Origin: Candidatus Levyibacteriota bacterium
Lineage (GTDB): Bacteria; Patescibacteriota; Microgenomatia; Levybacterales; UBA12049
Reading direction: 5' to 3'
Length of the DNA stretch: 42,047 nt
Assembly: GCA_016204535.1 (NCBI GenBank)
Contig: JACQKL010000041.1
Span: forward strand, 1 to 42,047
Below, piece after piece: positions 33,706 to 42,047 of this stretch; within the stretch, counting starts at the first letter, position 1, and each line of letters opens with the position of its first letter. The notes under the pieces are model-generated. The model searched no databases, had not been told where the DNA came from, and worked only from the letters and a program-made list of their open reading frames with translations. Made by a program: the position numbers and the translations under genes.

Positions 33706-34994
33706 CGGCCAACTCCAGTATATATAAATCCCATTTCCCTTAATTCACGAGGATCATAAATATTTCTTCCGTCAAGTAACACTGGTTTTTTCATCTGTTT
33801 TTTTATTTTTACTAAGTCAAGTTGTCTAAATTCGTTCCATTCGGTCATAATAATTAGAATATCGCTTCCCTTAGCAACAGAATAAGAATCTAAATGAAAG
33901 TCGACATTTTTCAGTATCTTTTTTGCATTATCCATTGCAATGGGGTCGTATGCCTTTATTCTTGCGCCTTGTAGTTGCAGCCTATTAATAACAACGATCG
34001 AGGGCGCATCTCGCATATCATCCGTGTTTGGCTTAAAAGATAAGCCAAGTATCCCAACGCTTTTCCCTTTCATGTCTCCGCCCAATAATTTTTTTGCCTT
34101 CTGAGTAATTCTTTCAGTTGCCTGCCGATTGATTTCCTCAACATTTTTTAAAAGTAAGAAATCGTATCCCGTTTTCTTAGCTATTGCAATCATGGCTTTC
34201 ACATCTTTAGGAAAACAGCTTCCTCCGTACCCTGCTCCGGCAGATAAGAACTGGCTACCAACCCTTTTATCAAGTCCTACCGCCTCCAACACTCTTAATC
34301 CATCTGCGCCTGTTAACTCAGAGAGATATGCAATTGCATTGGCAAAAGATATTTTTGTTGCCAAGAAAGAATTTGCGGCGTATTTAATCATTTCTGCCGT
34401 CTCAATATTTGTTAACACGAAAACCCCATCTATAGACTTATGAAGCTCAACCAATAATTTTTCTGCGTCTTTTGAGTTTGTGCCTATGACAATCCTGTCC
34501 GGACGAAGAGTGTCTGATATTGCTTGTCCTTCCCGCAAAAATTCTGGAACAGATGCTACGTCAAATGTGGCTCCAATCGGCTTTGCTTTATTGATAATTT
34601 CCCAAGTAGTTTTATTTGTTCCAGCCGGCACAGTACTTTTTGTTACAACTACAGTATAACCTTCCATATTCTCACCAATTTTACGGGCAACTTCAAAAAC
34701 GGCCGCTAGATCGGCTTCTCCCGTAGTCTTAGGCGGAGTACCAACCGCAATAAAAACTACATCAGAGGCAGGAATAGCCTCTTTGTATTCAAGAGTAAAC
34801 AAAAGCCTTTTTGCGGCATAATTTCTTTTAACAATTTCTTCAAGTCCCGGTTCATAAATAGGAAGCTTACCTTTTTTGAGATTTTCTATTTTTTCTTTGG
34901 TATGCCCAATAACCCAAACCGTATTGCCTAAATCCGCAAAAACAGAAGCTGTTACTAATCCTACATAACCGTGTCCAATAAATGTAATCGTCAT
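33702..34994 (-). CDS. ugd: UDP-glucose 6-dehydrogenase
   Basis: 430 aa with GHGYVGLV and catalytic GGSCFPKD. Confidence 0.93.
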   Translation of the reverse strand: MTITFIGHGYVGLVTASVFADLGNTVWVIGHTKEKIENLKKGKLPIYEPGLEEIVKRNYAAKRLLFTLEYKEAIPASDVVFIAVGTPPKTTGEADLAAVFEVARKIGENMEGYTVVVTKSTVPAGTNKTTWEIINKAKPIGATFDVASVPEFLREGQAISDTLRPDRIVIGTNSKDAEKLLVELHKSIDGVFVLTNIETAEMIKYAANSFLATKISFANAIAYLSELTGADGLRVLEAVGLDKRVGSQFLSAGAGYGGSCFPKDVKAMIAIAKKTGYDFLLLKNVEEINRQATERITQKAKKLLGGDMKGKSVGILGLSFKPNTDDMRDAPSIVVINRLQLQGARIKAYDPIAMDNAKKILKNVDFHLDSYSVAKGSDILIIMTEWNEFRQLDLVKIKKQMKKPVLLDGRNIYDPRELREMGFIYTGVGR

Positions 34995-35053
34995 AAGCTA
35001 TTATAAATATCATGCTGAATTTATCCGCCTAGGCGGACTAGTTCAGGATGACA

Positions 35054-35920
35054 CTAATACAATATTTGTCTTTTAATCTCCTTTATTCCTTCTTCAAATG
35101 TGCGCATATGAATGCCCAATTTTGTTATTTTAGCATTTTTTAGTGCCAATTTAAAAGGCCTGGACGCTCTATTCTTGAAATACTGTGCTCTTGTAGTTTT
35201 AATAATTTTTGATAAATCAAGGTTAAATTCTTTCGCAATTAGAATCGCCGCATCGTATGGGCTAAGACTTTGACTCCCAACTGCATGAAAAATTCCATAC
35301 TCATTACTTTTAATCAAACCATCAATTGCAAAAGCAATATCATCTACAAAAGTTGGGGTGAAAATATGATCGGTAACTCCAAAAACTTGCTCGTTTTTCT
35401 TAAATCTATTAAGTATTGCTCTAAAAAAATCTAGTTTTGAAAAACTTGCTCTATAAGGATATGCAATTCGAGCAATGACCCATGGACTATTTGACTTCTG
35501 AACTATTTTTTCTCCTTCATATTTTGTTCTAGCATACCAATTGATCGGATTGGGAATATCTTGCTCAAAATAGACTTCCTTTGTTCCACCAAACACAAAA
35601 TCTGTTGAAATATAAATTAATTTTTTATTTGCCTGCGAACATGCATCAGTAACATTTTGAGTCCCCAAAACATTGATTCTCCAAGCCTCTCCATCTTCGC
35701 CAAATACTTTATCTTTTTCACATCCGTCAACATCTGTTTTTGCAGCCAAATGGAGGATAATTGGAGAATTCGAGCTTTCGATCTTGTGCAAAATGCTATC
35801 TTTATTTGCAATATCTACGCCCGTACTTCTGCTAATATTTTCAAATTCATATTTGTCTTTTAATAACTCAACAATTCTTGACCCAACTAATCCTGTCAAC
35901 CCCGTCCCCAAAATCTTCAT
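35054..35920 (-). CDS. dTDP-4-dehydrorhamnose reductase family SDR (RmlD-like)
   Basis: 288 aa with GTGLTGLVGSR and YARTKYEGE (YxxxK). TGCTATAAT (minus, 35929-37) lies 8 nt before the ATG. Confidence 0.7.
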   Translation of the reverse strand: MKILGTGLTGLVGSRIVELLKDKYEFENISRSTGVDIANKDSILHKIESSNSPIILHLAAKTDVDGCEKDKVFGEDGEAWRINVLGTQNVTDACSQANKKLIYISTDFVFGGTKEVYFEQDIPNPINWYARTKYEGEKIVQKSNSPWVIARIAYPYRASFSKLDFFRAILNRFKKNEQVFGVTDHIFTPTFVDDIAFAIDGLIKSNEYGIFHAVGSQSLSPYDAAILIAKEFNLDLSKIIKTTRAQYFKNRASRPFKLALKNAKITKLGIHMRTFEEGIKEIKRQILY

Positions 35921-36048
35921 TAAAAATAATTATAGCAAACCAACCCCCCTTATGCTTGAAATGAAGAAGAAAAAGATTCCAAAACCTTTCCTTATTCTAG
36001 TCTGATTGCCATTCATTGCTTCCTTTATGGCTTTCAATTTTCGCATCG

Positions 36049-37074
36049 CTATTCTCCATATTGCTCTTTGTAGTATTTTTGATAAGCGCCTGTTTTAACA
36101 TCTCTCCACCATTTTTCGTTTTCCTTATACCACTCAACAGTTTTTTCAAGCCACTCATCAAAATCATGAAGCGGTTTCCATCCCAACTCTTTTTCTATTT
36201 TGGACCAATCGACGGCATAACGCCTATCATGACCAGGCCTATCTTTAACATGCTCGATAAAACTTTCATCTCTATTCATTATCTTTAAGATTTTTTTAAT
36301 TACTTCGAGATTAGAAATATCTTGAGTCATTCCTCCCACCAGATATGTTTCCCCAATTTTACCTTTATTTAAAACCAAATCTATTGCCCGACAATGATCA
36401 ACTACATACAGCCAATCTCTAACGTATAAGCCATCTCCGTAAACAGGTACTTTTTTATTTTCCAAAATATTTGTTATTGCAAGAGGGATAAACTTTTCCG
36501 GGAACTGATAGGGTCCAAAATTATTTGAGCAATTGGTAATGGTAATTGGCAAGCCATAAGTTTCATAATACGCTCTAACCAAATGATCTGACCCAGCTTT
36601 ACTTGCAGAATAAGGACTTCTGGGATTATATTTTGTTCGTTCATTAAATTTATTCGTATCGCTAAGCTCCAAGCTTCCATATACCTCATCTGTAGAAATA
36701 TGATGAAAACGTTTTACGTTATTGCGCAAAGCAGAATTCAGAAGCATTTGGGTTCCAACCACATTGGTAACAATGAATTTAGAAGGCTTTTTTATTGATC
36801 TATCTACGTGACTCTCGGCAGCAAAATGTACAACCACATCAATACCCTGCATTGCCTCATCTATTGTCCCTACATCGCAAATATCTCCATGGATAAAACC
36901 ATAGTTGGAGTTTTTCTCAATTTCTTTAAGGTTTTCTAAGTTTCCTGCGTAAGTTAATTTATCCAAATTAACAATCTTATCTTGGGGATATTTTTTCATC
37001 CAATACAAAATAAAATTAGCGCCGATAAACCCGGCACCACCTGTTACCAAAAGTTTTCTTGCGGGAGTAATCAT
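36049..37074 (-). CDS. rfbB: dTDP-glucose 4,6-dehydratase
   Basis: 341 aa with VTGGAGFIGANF, STDEVYG and YSASKAGSDHLVRAY. Confidence 0.93.
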   Translation of the reverse strand: MITPARKLLVTGGAGFIGANFILYWMKKYPQDKIVNLDKLTYAGNLENLKEIEKNSNYGFIHGDICDVGTIDEAMQGIDVVVHFAAESHVDRSIKKPSKFIVTNVVGTQMLLNSALRNNVKRFHHISTDEVYGSLELSDTNKFNERTKYNPRSPYSASKAGSDHLVRAYYETYGLPITITNCSNNFGPYQFPEKFIPLAITNILENKKVPVYGDGLYVRDWLYVVDHCRAIDLVLNKGKIGETYLVGGMTQDISNLEVIKKILKIMNRDESFIEHVKDRPGHDRRYAVDWSKIEKELGWKPLHDFDEWLEKTVEWYKENEKWWRDVKTGAYQKYYKEQYGE

Positions 37075-37613
37075 AATTTCTTCTCTCTTCTTAATTTATC
37101 CAAAAAAAATATTCCGATTATACTGGCAGAGTCAGTTATTTCACCGAGCATCACTTTTTCCATTGCTAAACTTAGCGGAATTTTTATCAAACTTATTTCT
37201 TCATCTTCGTCCAAATGCTTTTTTCCAAATTCCAACCCTTTTGCTATAAAAATATGTATCCTAGCTTTAATAATGCTCGCGGCCATATCGAATCTTGTTA
37301 TTTCTTCAAGTTGTGAGGCGTCAATACCTGTTTCTTCTTGTAATTCTCTTTTTGCAGTAGCCAGAGGCATCTCGCCTCTTTTAACAAACCCCGCTACAGC
37401 TTCAAGAAGAACTCTGTTTAGTAAATATCTATATTCTGAAATTAAATAAACTTCGTATTGATCTGTTAAGGGAAAAACTACAACCGTCGTGTCTCTTTCA
37501 ACCACATGATGTGTTTTTCTTGTTCCTCTTTTATTTTTAAAAACTATTTCCCTGATATTAAAAAGTTGTGTTTTAAATACGGGTTTTTGTGAAACAATTT
37601 TCCATTGACTCAT
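37071..37613 (-). CDS. NUDIX hydrolase (ADP-sugar/NDP-sugar pyrophosphatase-like)
   Basis: 180 aa. Nudix box GFVKRGEMPLATAKRELQEETGI. It shares 4-nt overlaps with both neighbours. Confidence 0.85.
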   Translation of the reverse strand: MSQWKIVSQKPVFKTQLFNIREIVFKNKRGTRKTHHVVERDTTVVVFPLTDQYEVYLISEYRYLLNRVLLEAVAGFVKRGEMPLATAKRELQEETGIDASQLEEITRFDMAASIIKARIHIFIAKGLEFGKKHLDEDEEISLIKIPLSLAMEKVMLGEITDSASIIGIFFLDKLRREKKL

Positions 37614-38347
37614 TTTAGTTCGCCATGCTTGATTTTATCTGCAACCAGATTGTTTGCTCTTAAAAGCTCGTCATGAGAAGTGCCAGCGTCAATCCACCAA
37701 TTTATAATTTCGTACTCCATTGTTCCCTCTTTAACATAAGCATTGTTAAGATCTGTAACTTCAAGCTCACCCCTCTTAGAGGGTGAAAGTTTCTTAATAA
37801 ATTTAAAAACTCTGTCGTCATACATATAGATCCCGGTTTGAGCTATATTGCTTTTTGGATACTCTGGCTTTTCTTCAATTGAAATAACTTTACCGCCTTT
37901 ACCAATTTCAATAACGCCATATTGTTTTGATCCAGTAGGCATCTCTACCCCAAATACCATTGCCCCCTTCTCTTTCTTTTCAAAGTTTTCAACCGTATCT
38001 TTCAAATCGTAATCGAAAATATTATCCCCTAATATAACCAAGAGCTTTTTACCGTCCGAAAAACTCTCAGCAAGCGATATTCCTTGCGCTATCCCTCGTG
38101 CCTCTTCCTGTATTTCATAGCTTAGATTTAATCCAAAATATTTGCCGCTTTTCAGCAAATTGAGAAATGACCCTGCATGTCCCGGCCCTATAATAATTAG
38201 AACGTCTTTTATGCCAGCCCTCACCATTGACTCCAAAGGGTAAAAGATCATTGGTTTATTATAGATTGGCAAAAGATGCTTATTGGTTACGAATGTTAAT
38301 GGCCGCAAACGCGTTGCAAGACCTCCTGCTAAAATAACTCCCTTCAT
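37610..38347 (-). CDS. rfbA: glucose-1-phosphate thymidylyltransferase-like sugar nucleotidyltransferase (short form)
   Basis: 245 aa with GVILAGGLATRLRPLT and LGDNIF. It is linked to rfbB. The nucleotide specificity is inferred from context. Confidence 0.8.
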   Translation of the reverse strand: MKGVILAGGLATRLRPLTFVTNKHLLPIYNKPMIFYPLESMVRAGIKDVLIIIGPGHAGSFLNLLKSGKYFGLNLSYEIQEEARGIAQGISLAESFSDGKKLLVILGDNIFDYDLKDTVENFEKKEKGAMVFGVEMPTGSKQYGVIEIGKGGKVISIEEKPEYPKSNIAQTGIYMYDDRVFKFIKKLSPSKRGELEVTDLNNAYVKEGTMEYEIINWWIDAGTSHDELLRANNLVADKIKHGELK

Positions 38348-38363
38348 ATATAAAATATTGTTT

Positions 38364-38636
38364 CTAGTAGTTGCCGTTTACGTTTAAAAGAAAGAATATA
38401 ATGGTTAAACCAAATACTCCAATCAGTATATATTCTACCACAATTTTCATACTTAAATCGTGATTTAAGAGATGATGTATCATTCCCCACAAGACATAGA
38501 AAAACGTAGTTGCAATAACTACTCCTATTTGAAAACTTCTGCTCGAATTGTTCGTATATGCCAGCAAGAAACCAAGAGAAAGTATCGCAATAAGAGAAAT
38601 ATAGTATCCGCTATGTTTATATACTCTAGCAAGCAT
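38364..38636 (-). CDS. hypothetical small membrane protein (3 TM)
   Basis: 90 aa and hydrophobic. Its start abuts the stop of the CAP-domain gene. Confidence 0.5.
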   Translation of the reverse strand: MLARVYKHSGYYISLIAILSLGFLLAYTNNSSRSFQIGVVIATTFFYVLWGMIHHLLNHDLSMKIVVEYILIGVFGLTIIFFLLNVNGNY

Positions 38637-39469
38637 TAAATAATAACTCCCTTACTTAATATTCCAACCAACGCTAGTATCAGTAAAAGATACAAAATAT
38701 GGTCAAAATTATGCCCAACAAAACGCATGACTTTTTTCTTTTCCACAATAATCATATCTAAAACAAAAGCAAAAATAAATATCGCAACAATCAGCATGCT
38801 GATGTTTAATGAAAAAGGAGCGCGGTTGACAAAGGATTTCCTGTTTACATCAGAGACTGTTTCAACTTCTTGTATTTTACTTATTTTACTATTATTAGCA
38901 ATAGGCATATTGAGATTTCCAAGTTCCTCCACTATTAGAACCGTTTCTTCGCCATTCAATTCTCCTACTTTTACAGCAAACCCGACATCCTGATAATTTG
39001 CTGAAAGCATATTCGCTCGGTGGTCCGGGCTTGCCATCCAGGCATTGATTGCATCTTCGGCACTAGAAAATCCTCTGGCTAAATTTTCTCCCGCATACAC
39101 ATATTCGTAGCCTTCGGAATTAATAAAGACCCAAGGAGTTTTTCCGGTTGGAGAATTATGTGCCCAATAATCGTATTCAAACATATCATCTGCCTTTTTT
39201 GCCGCAGCAAGCGTTAGTTTTTCATTGAGAGATAATGAGGAAACGCCGTTATCCTGTCTTTCTTTGTTAGTCAGGATAAGAAGCTCCTCTGTCGATATAT
39301 CAGCTTTTACTCCCAAGACCGACGGAAAACTTATTCTAAGTCTTTGAACAAAAAAGCTCGTTAAAAGAAGAAATATTATTGTTAAAAATAAATTTGTGTG
39401 ATGTAGAACTTTGGCCCGATGGTTATTGGATTCTTTAGGTACAAAAAGATGGGCAAGAAAATCCTTCAT
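38636..39469 (-). CDS. CAP/SCP/PR-1 domain protein with N- and C-terminal TM segments
   Basis: 277 aa with YWAHNSPTG, GENLARG and WMASPDHRANM, the CAP-domain signatures. Confidence 0.8.
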   Translation of the reverse strand: MKDFLAHLFVPKESNNHRAKVLHHTNLFLTIIFLLLTSFFVQRLRISFPSVLGVKADISTEELLILTNKERQDNGVSSLSLNEKLTLAAAKKADDMFEYDYWAHNSPTGKTPWVFINSEGYEYVYAGENLARGFSSAEDAINAWMASPDHRANMLSANYQDVGFAVKVGELNGEETVLIVEELGNLNMPIANNSKISKIQEVETVSDVNRKSFVNRAPFSLNISMLIVAIFIFAFVLDMIIVEKKKVMRFVGHNFDHILYLLLILALVGILSKGVII

Positions 39470-39481
39470 ATTTCCATTATA

Positions 39482-39793
39482 TCATTTATAAGAAGGCAAG
39501 ATTATTTTGTTGGTTTTCCCATTAACTGGAATTTTAAGAACAAAAGCTAAAGCATTGGCAATTGCTATTCCAACTCTAAGGCCAGTAAATGATCCGGGTC
39601 CAACATTTACTTGAATTCCCGAAAGATATTTTGGCGTTACTGAATATTTTTTTAGTATCTTATCGATCATAGGAAGTATGACCTGTGTCTTGTTTGAATC
39701 TATATTCCGAGTCTCAACATGTTTTATGCCGTTAATCTCCAAACCAACCGTAACCTTTTTATTATCCGCAGTATCAAGTATTAATGTAATCAT
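39482..39793 (-). CDS. tsaB: TsaB-like t6A protein, N-terminal half only (103 aa)
   Basis: LILDTA... and VGPGSFTGLRVGIAIANALAF are the TsaB/YeaZ N-subdomain signatures. The ORF ends 12 nt before the next gene. Confidence 0.75.
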   Translation of the reverse strand: MITLILDTADNKKVTVGLEINGIKHVETRNIDSNKTQVILPMIDKILKKYSVTPKYLSGIQVNVGPGSFTGLRVGIAIANALAFVLKIPVNGKTNKIILPSYK

Positions 39794-39805
39794 ATATTAA
39801 TGTCA

Positions 39806-40384
39806 TTAAGACACAGAAACAGCACCGCTCCTTAAAATTTTCCAGGGTTTTGTGGAGCAATCAATTACTGTTGATGATAATTCTTTATCACTTGTTTTAC
39901 CTTCAACAACATAATCTACCAAACTAATCAATTTTTTATCTAAATCTTCAAATTTAAACGGCGTTTTTTCACCGGAAAAATTTGCTGATGGACCCAAAAT
40001 AGGCACCCCGACTCTTGAAATAATCTCTCGGATAATCCTATGATTGGGAATCCTTACTCCTAAAGTTTCTCCTCCTCCCCTAACTAATGCCTGTACCTTT
40101 ATTTTATTACATTGCAGTATTAAAGTAAGTGCTCCCGGCCAATATTTCTTCATTAAAGCTTCTGCGTCTTGCGGAATTTCTTTTACATATTTCTTCACCA
40201 TCTTAACACTACTAAATAAAACGGGAACAGCTTTATCGTTTGGTCTTTTGCGAATTTTAAATAATTTTCCTATCGCCTCTTGATTGTCAATTCTGCAACC
40301 AATTCCAAATGCCGTATCTGTAGGAAAAATAACTATTCCGCCATTCCTTAATACTTCTATCGCTTTTTTAATTTGCTCGTTCAT
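39806..40384 (-). CDS. tsaC: L-threonylcarbamoyladenylate synthase (TsaC/YrdC type)
   Basis: 192 aa with VIFPTDTAFGIGC, LGVRIPNH and PSANFSG. TATAAT (minus, 40391-96) lies 6 nt before the ATG. Confidence 0.9.
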   Translation of the reverse strand: MNEQIKKAIEVLRNGGIVIFPTDTAFGIGCRIDNQEAIGKLFKIRKRPNDKAVPVLFSSVKMVKKYVKEIPQDAEALMKKYWPGALTLILQCNKIKVQALVRGGGETLGVRIPNHRIIREIISRVGVPILGPSANFSGEKTPFKFEDLDKKLISLVDYVVEGKTSDKELSSTVIDCSTKPWKILRSGAVSVS

Positions 40385-40413
40385 GCTCTAATTATAATCA
40401 AAAAAGAAGATAC

Positions 40414-40608
40414 TTAGAAGCTCATGTTGGACTTTTTTTCCTGCATGAATTTATTAAGCGAAGATTTTTCTATGAGATAACGTCCGCCAAAATGTATTGC
40501 TTTAATCTTTTTTTCCGCGATGTATCTGTAAATTGTCAGTGTACTTAATTTTAAAAGGACAGAAACTTCTTTGACGTTGAGGAAATTCGTCTCGATAAAA
40601 AAACCCAT
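40414..40608 (-). CDS. small helix-turn-helix protein (excisionase/MerR-like HTH_17)
   Basis: LNVKEVSVLLKLSTLTIYRYIAEKKIKAIHFGGRYLI. I prefer ATG 40608, because the ORF-track TTG 40626 abuts the -10 box of the promoter at 40627-40655. Confidence 0.65.
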   Translation of the reverse strand: MGFFIETNFLNVKEVSVLLKLSTLTIYRYIAEKKIKAIHFGGRYLIEKSSLNKFMQEKKSNMSF

Positions 40609-40626
40609 AATAATACTTTGCAACAA

Positions 40627-40655
40627 TATATAGCATACAAATATTACCTTGTCAA
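40627..40655 (-). promoter_or_regulatory. consensus promoter for the HTH gene
   Basis: On the minus strand: TTGACA (40650-55), 17-nt spacer ending TGC, TATATA (40627-32). Confidence 0.5.
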
Positions 40656-40662
40656 ATTTTTA

Positions 40663-41124
40663 TTACATTTGCGACCTAAACACAATTTTTCTTCTGTCGT
40701 CTTTTTCGTAGAAAAAATTAATATCGATTCTTTTTTTAGGTAAAAGTTTTTTTATCTTTTCCGCCCATTCAATTGCAACAATATTTTGGGAATCATTTAA
40801 AATTTCTTCAATCCCCAAACTCTCAACATCTTTCTCGTTTTCTATTCTATATAGATCAATATGGTAAAAATTTATTATTCTTGATTCATGATTCTTAATT
40901 CTTAATTCGTATTTACGAACAATTATAAATGTTGGCGAGATAATTCTCTTTTTAATTCCAAGTCCTTTTGCCAACCCCTGCACAAAGGTTGTTTTTCCAC
41001 TTCCCAAATCTCCATAAAGTGCAATTACCCTATTTTTTTCAAGTATATTTCTTGCAGATTCTTTCCCAAGATTTTGAGTCTCCAAATAATTATTAGTAAT
41101 AAAAACTTTTTCTCTAATTTTCAT
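40663..41124 (-). CDS. tsaE: tRNA t6A ATPase TsaE
   Basis: 153 aa with Walker A GDLGSGKTTF, SPTFIIV and HIDLYRI. Confidence 0.9.
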   Translation of the reverse strand: MKIREKVFITNNYLETQNLGKESARNILEKNRVIALYGDLGSGKTTFVQGLAKGLGIKKRIISPTFIIVRKYELRIKNHESRIINFYHIDLYRIENEKDVESLGIEEILNDSQNIVAIEWAEKIKKLLPKKRIDINFFYEKDDRRKIVFRSQM

Positions 41125-41125
41125 A

Positions 41126-42007
41126 TTAAACCTCTTCTTGCTGTTTATCTTTCATAAGAAAACGAAAGGATAGTATAGCACAAGCCATTAAAAGGACTCC
41201 TCCGATAACAATAAAAATTTTTTGAAGATTAGAATTTGGTTTTTTGTTTTCTGTGGCAATTAAATTGTTTTCTAAATTTTTCGCAACATCTGTTGGCAGA
41301 TTTATGAATTCATTTTTGGTACTTTCTCCCAAAACTAAAGTAGGTATTACTTGCCTAGTCGGAACCGCAATTCTTGTCGGCGTGGGCGAAGGCTTTAAAG
41401 TCGGCGTTGGAGTTTTTGTTGGTATAGGAGTATTTGTCGGGGTTGAGGTTGGAGCGGACGTAGGAGTTGGTGTATTTGTGGGAACAGGAGTAGAAGTCGG
41501 CGTCGGTGTTGAAGTGGGTGCAAGATCCAAACACTTAGCTGAGGCTTTTGTTGGCTGCTGTGAAGTATTCCAACTTCCTCCATCTGGTATTCTCGCATAA
41601 GTAAGCTCTGCCGATGAGCTTGAATAACTATATATATCAACAGTTGTAGAAATATTATTTTCTACTTTAAAAAGCGTTGGAGAATCACCGTTATTATTTA
41701 AATAAGATGACAAATCCCAATAGCATGTTTGCGACGCGGGCAAAATACCCGACAATGCAATCTTTGCTGATGAACCAGTATCTGAATCAAAGCTTACATC
41801 ATCATCAAAATAATAATCAGACAAATCTATTGATGCGCTAGAAGTATTATAAAATTCTACCCATTCTGGAGATCCGCTTGGTGGATTTGGTAAAAATTCA
41901 TTAATTACTAGCTCTGATGCAAAAGAAGATTTAATGAAAGGCTGAAAAGATAAGAAAATAAAAATAAAAGAAATAAAACTAACTGAAAAATAAAATATAT
42001 TTTTCAA
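41126..42007 (-). CDS. lamin-tail-domain (LTD) surface protein with Pro/Thr linker and C-terminal TM anchor
   Basis: 293 aa with a signal peptide. [23 protein letters not shown] is the LTD signature. A roughly 50-aa TPTPTSTP low-complexity linker is followed by a C-terminal hydrophobic helix. TTG start. Confidence 0.75.
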   Translation of the reverse strand: MKNIFYFSVSFISFIFIFLSFQPFIKSSFASELVINEFLPNPPSGSPEWVEFYNTSSASIDLSDYYFDDDVSFDSDTGSSAKIALSGILPASQTCYWDLSSYLNNNGDSPTLFKVENNISTTVDIYSYSSSSAELTYARIPDGGSWNTSQQPTKASAKCLDLAPTSTPTPTSTPVPTNTPTPTSAPTSTPTNTPIPTKTPTPTLKPSPTPTRIAVPTRQVIPTLVLGESTKNEFINLPTDVAKNLENNLIATENKKPNSNLQKIFIVIGGVLLMACAILSFRFLMKDKQQEEV

Positions 42008-42047
42008 ATAAATTCAATAAAAAAAATAATTATTGTACGTGCAAGTA

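Noticed and set aside
40414-40626. The excisionase-type HTH gene as a marker of a prophage or integrative element.
   Set aside because: No integrase, att-like repeats, phage or transfer genes are nearby. The flanking genes are core t6A genes, and small HTH_17 proteins occur as stand-alone regulators.
41380-41530. Repetitive DNA that might be mistaken for a CRISPR-like or tandem-repeat array.
   Set aside because: It is the coding sequence of a Pro/Thr-rich linker (TPTPTSTP...) in the LTD protein. The repeats are imperfect and codon-level, with no spacer/repeat periodicity.
1-42047. Alternative genetic code (UGA recoding, as in some CPR lineages).
   Set aside because: Conserved proteins (lon, metK, secD, recJ and others) are full length under the standard bacterial code, with no in-frame UGA interruptions. 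The only broken gene is explained by a frameshift, not a stop codon.

Overview
This is an AT-rich bacterial chromosome segment, roughly one-third GC by eye. The gene content looks like a reduced Patescibacteria/CPR-type genome, but that placement is inference because no database search was possible. All calls come from reading the ORF translations for family motifs and hand-folding the intergenic DNA.

Content:
- Housekeeping genes: lon, corA, gltX, archaeal-type aspS, recJ, cca, an ABC-2 exporter pair, metK, yqeY, secDF, and the t6A genes tsaE, tsaC and tsaB.
- Two tRNAs: Glu-CUC and Gln-CUG.
- A patch of small accessory genes at 4.5-8.9 kb.
- A minus-strand island of about 11 kb (27.3-38.3 kb) for nucleotide-sugar synthesis and polyprenyl-phosphate glycosylation.
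- I found no rRNA, CRISPR array, transposase or integrase.

The most interesting signals are non-coding or structural:
1. An orphan GC-rich structured leader behind a consensus promoter, in front of an uncharacterised 83-aa gene (14437-14575).
2. A 75-bp bulged inverted-repeat element flanked by TGAAA direct repeats, sitting between two strong terminators and linked to them by mutually exclusive helices (27121-27280).
3. A SAM-I-type riboswitch upstream of metK, followed by a second element in which a 7-nt anti-SD matches the metK SD.
4. An in-frame palindromic and tandem-repeat insertion inside cca.
5. An endonuclease/exonuclease/phosphatase gene whose catalytic C-terminus is out of frame after an A4/T4 run.
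6. A recurrent promoter layout, often TGnTATAAT, placed 5-8 nt before start codons. This implies widespread leaderless mRNAs.

I did not recognise a multi-gene protein system that is clearly novel. The RNA and repeat elements are my best candidates for undescribed biology.
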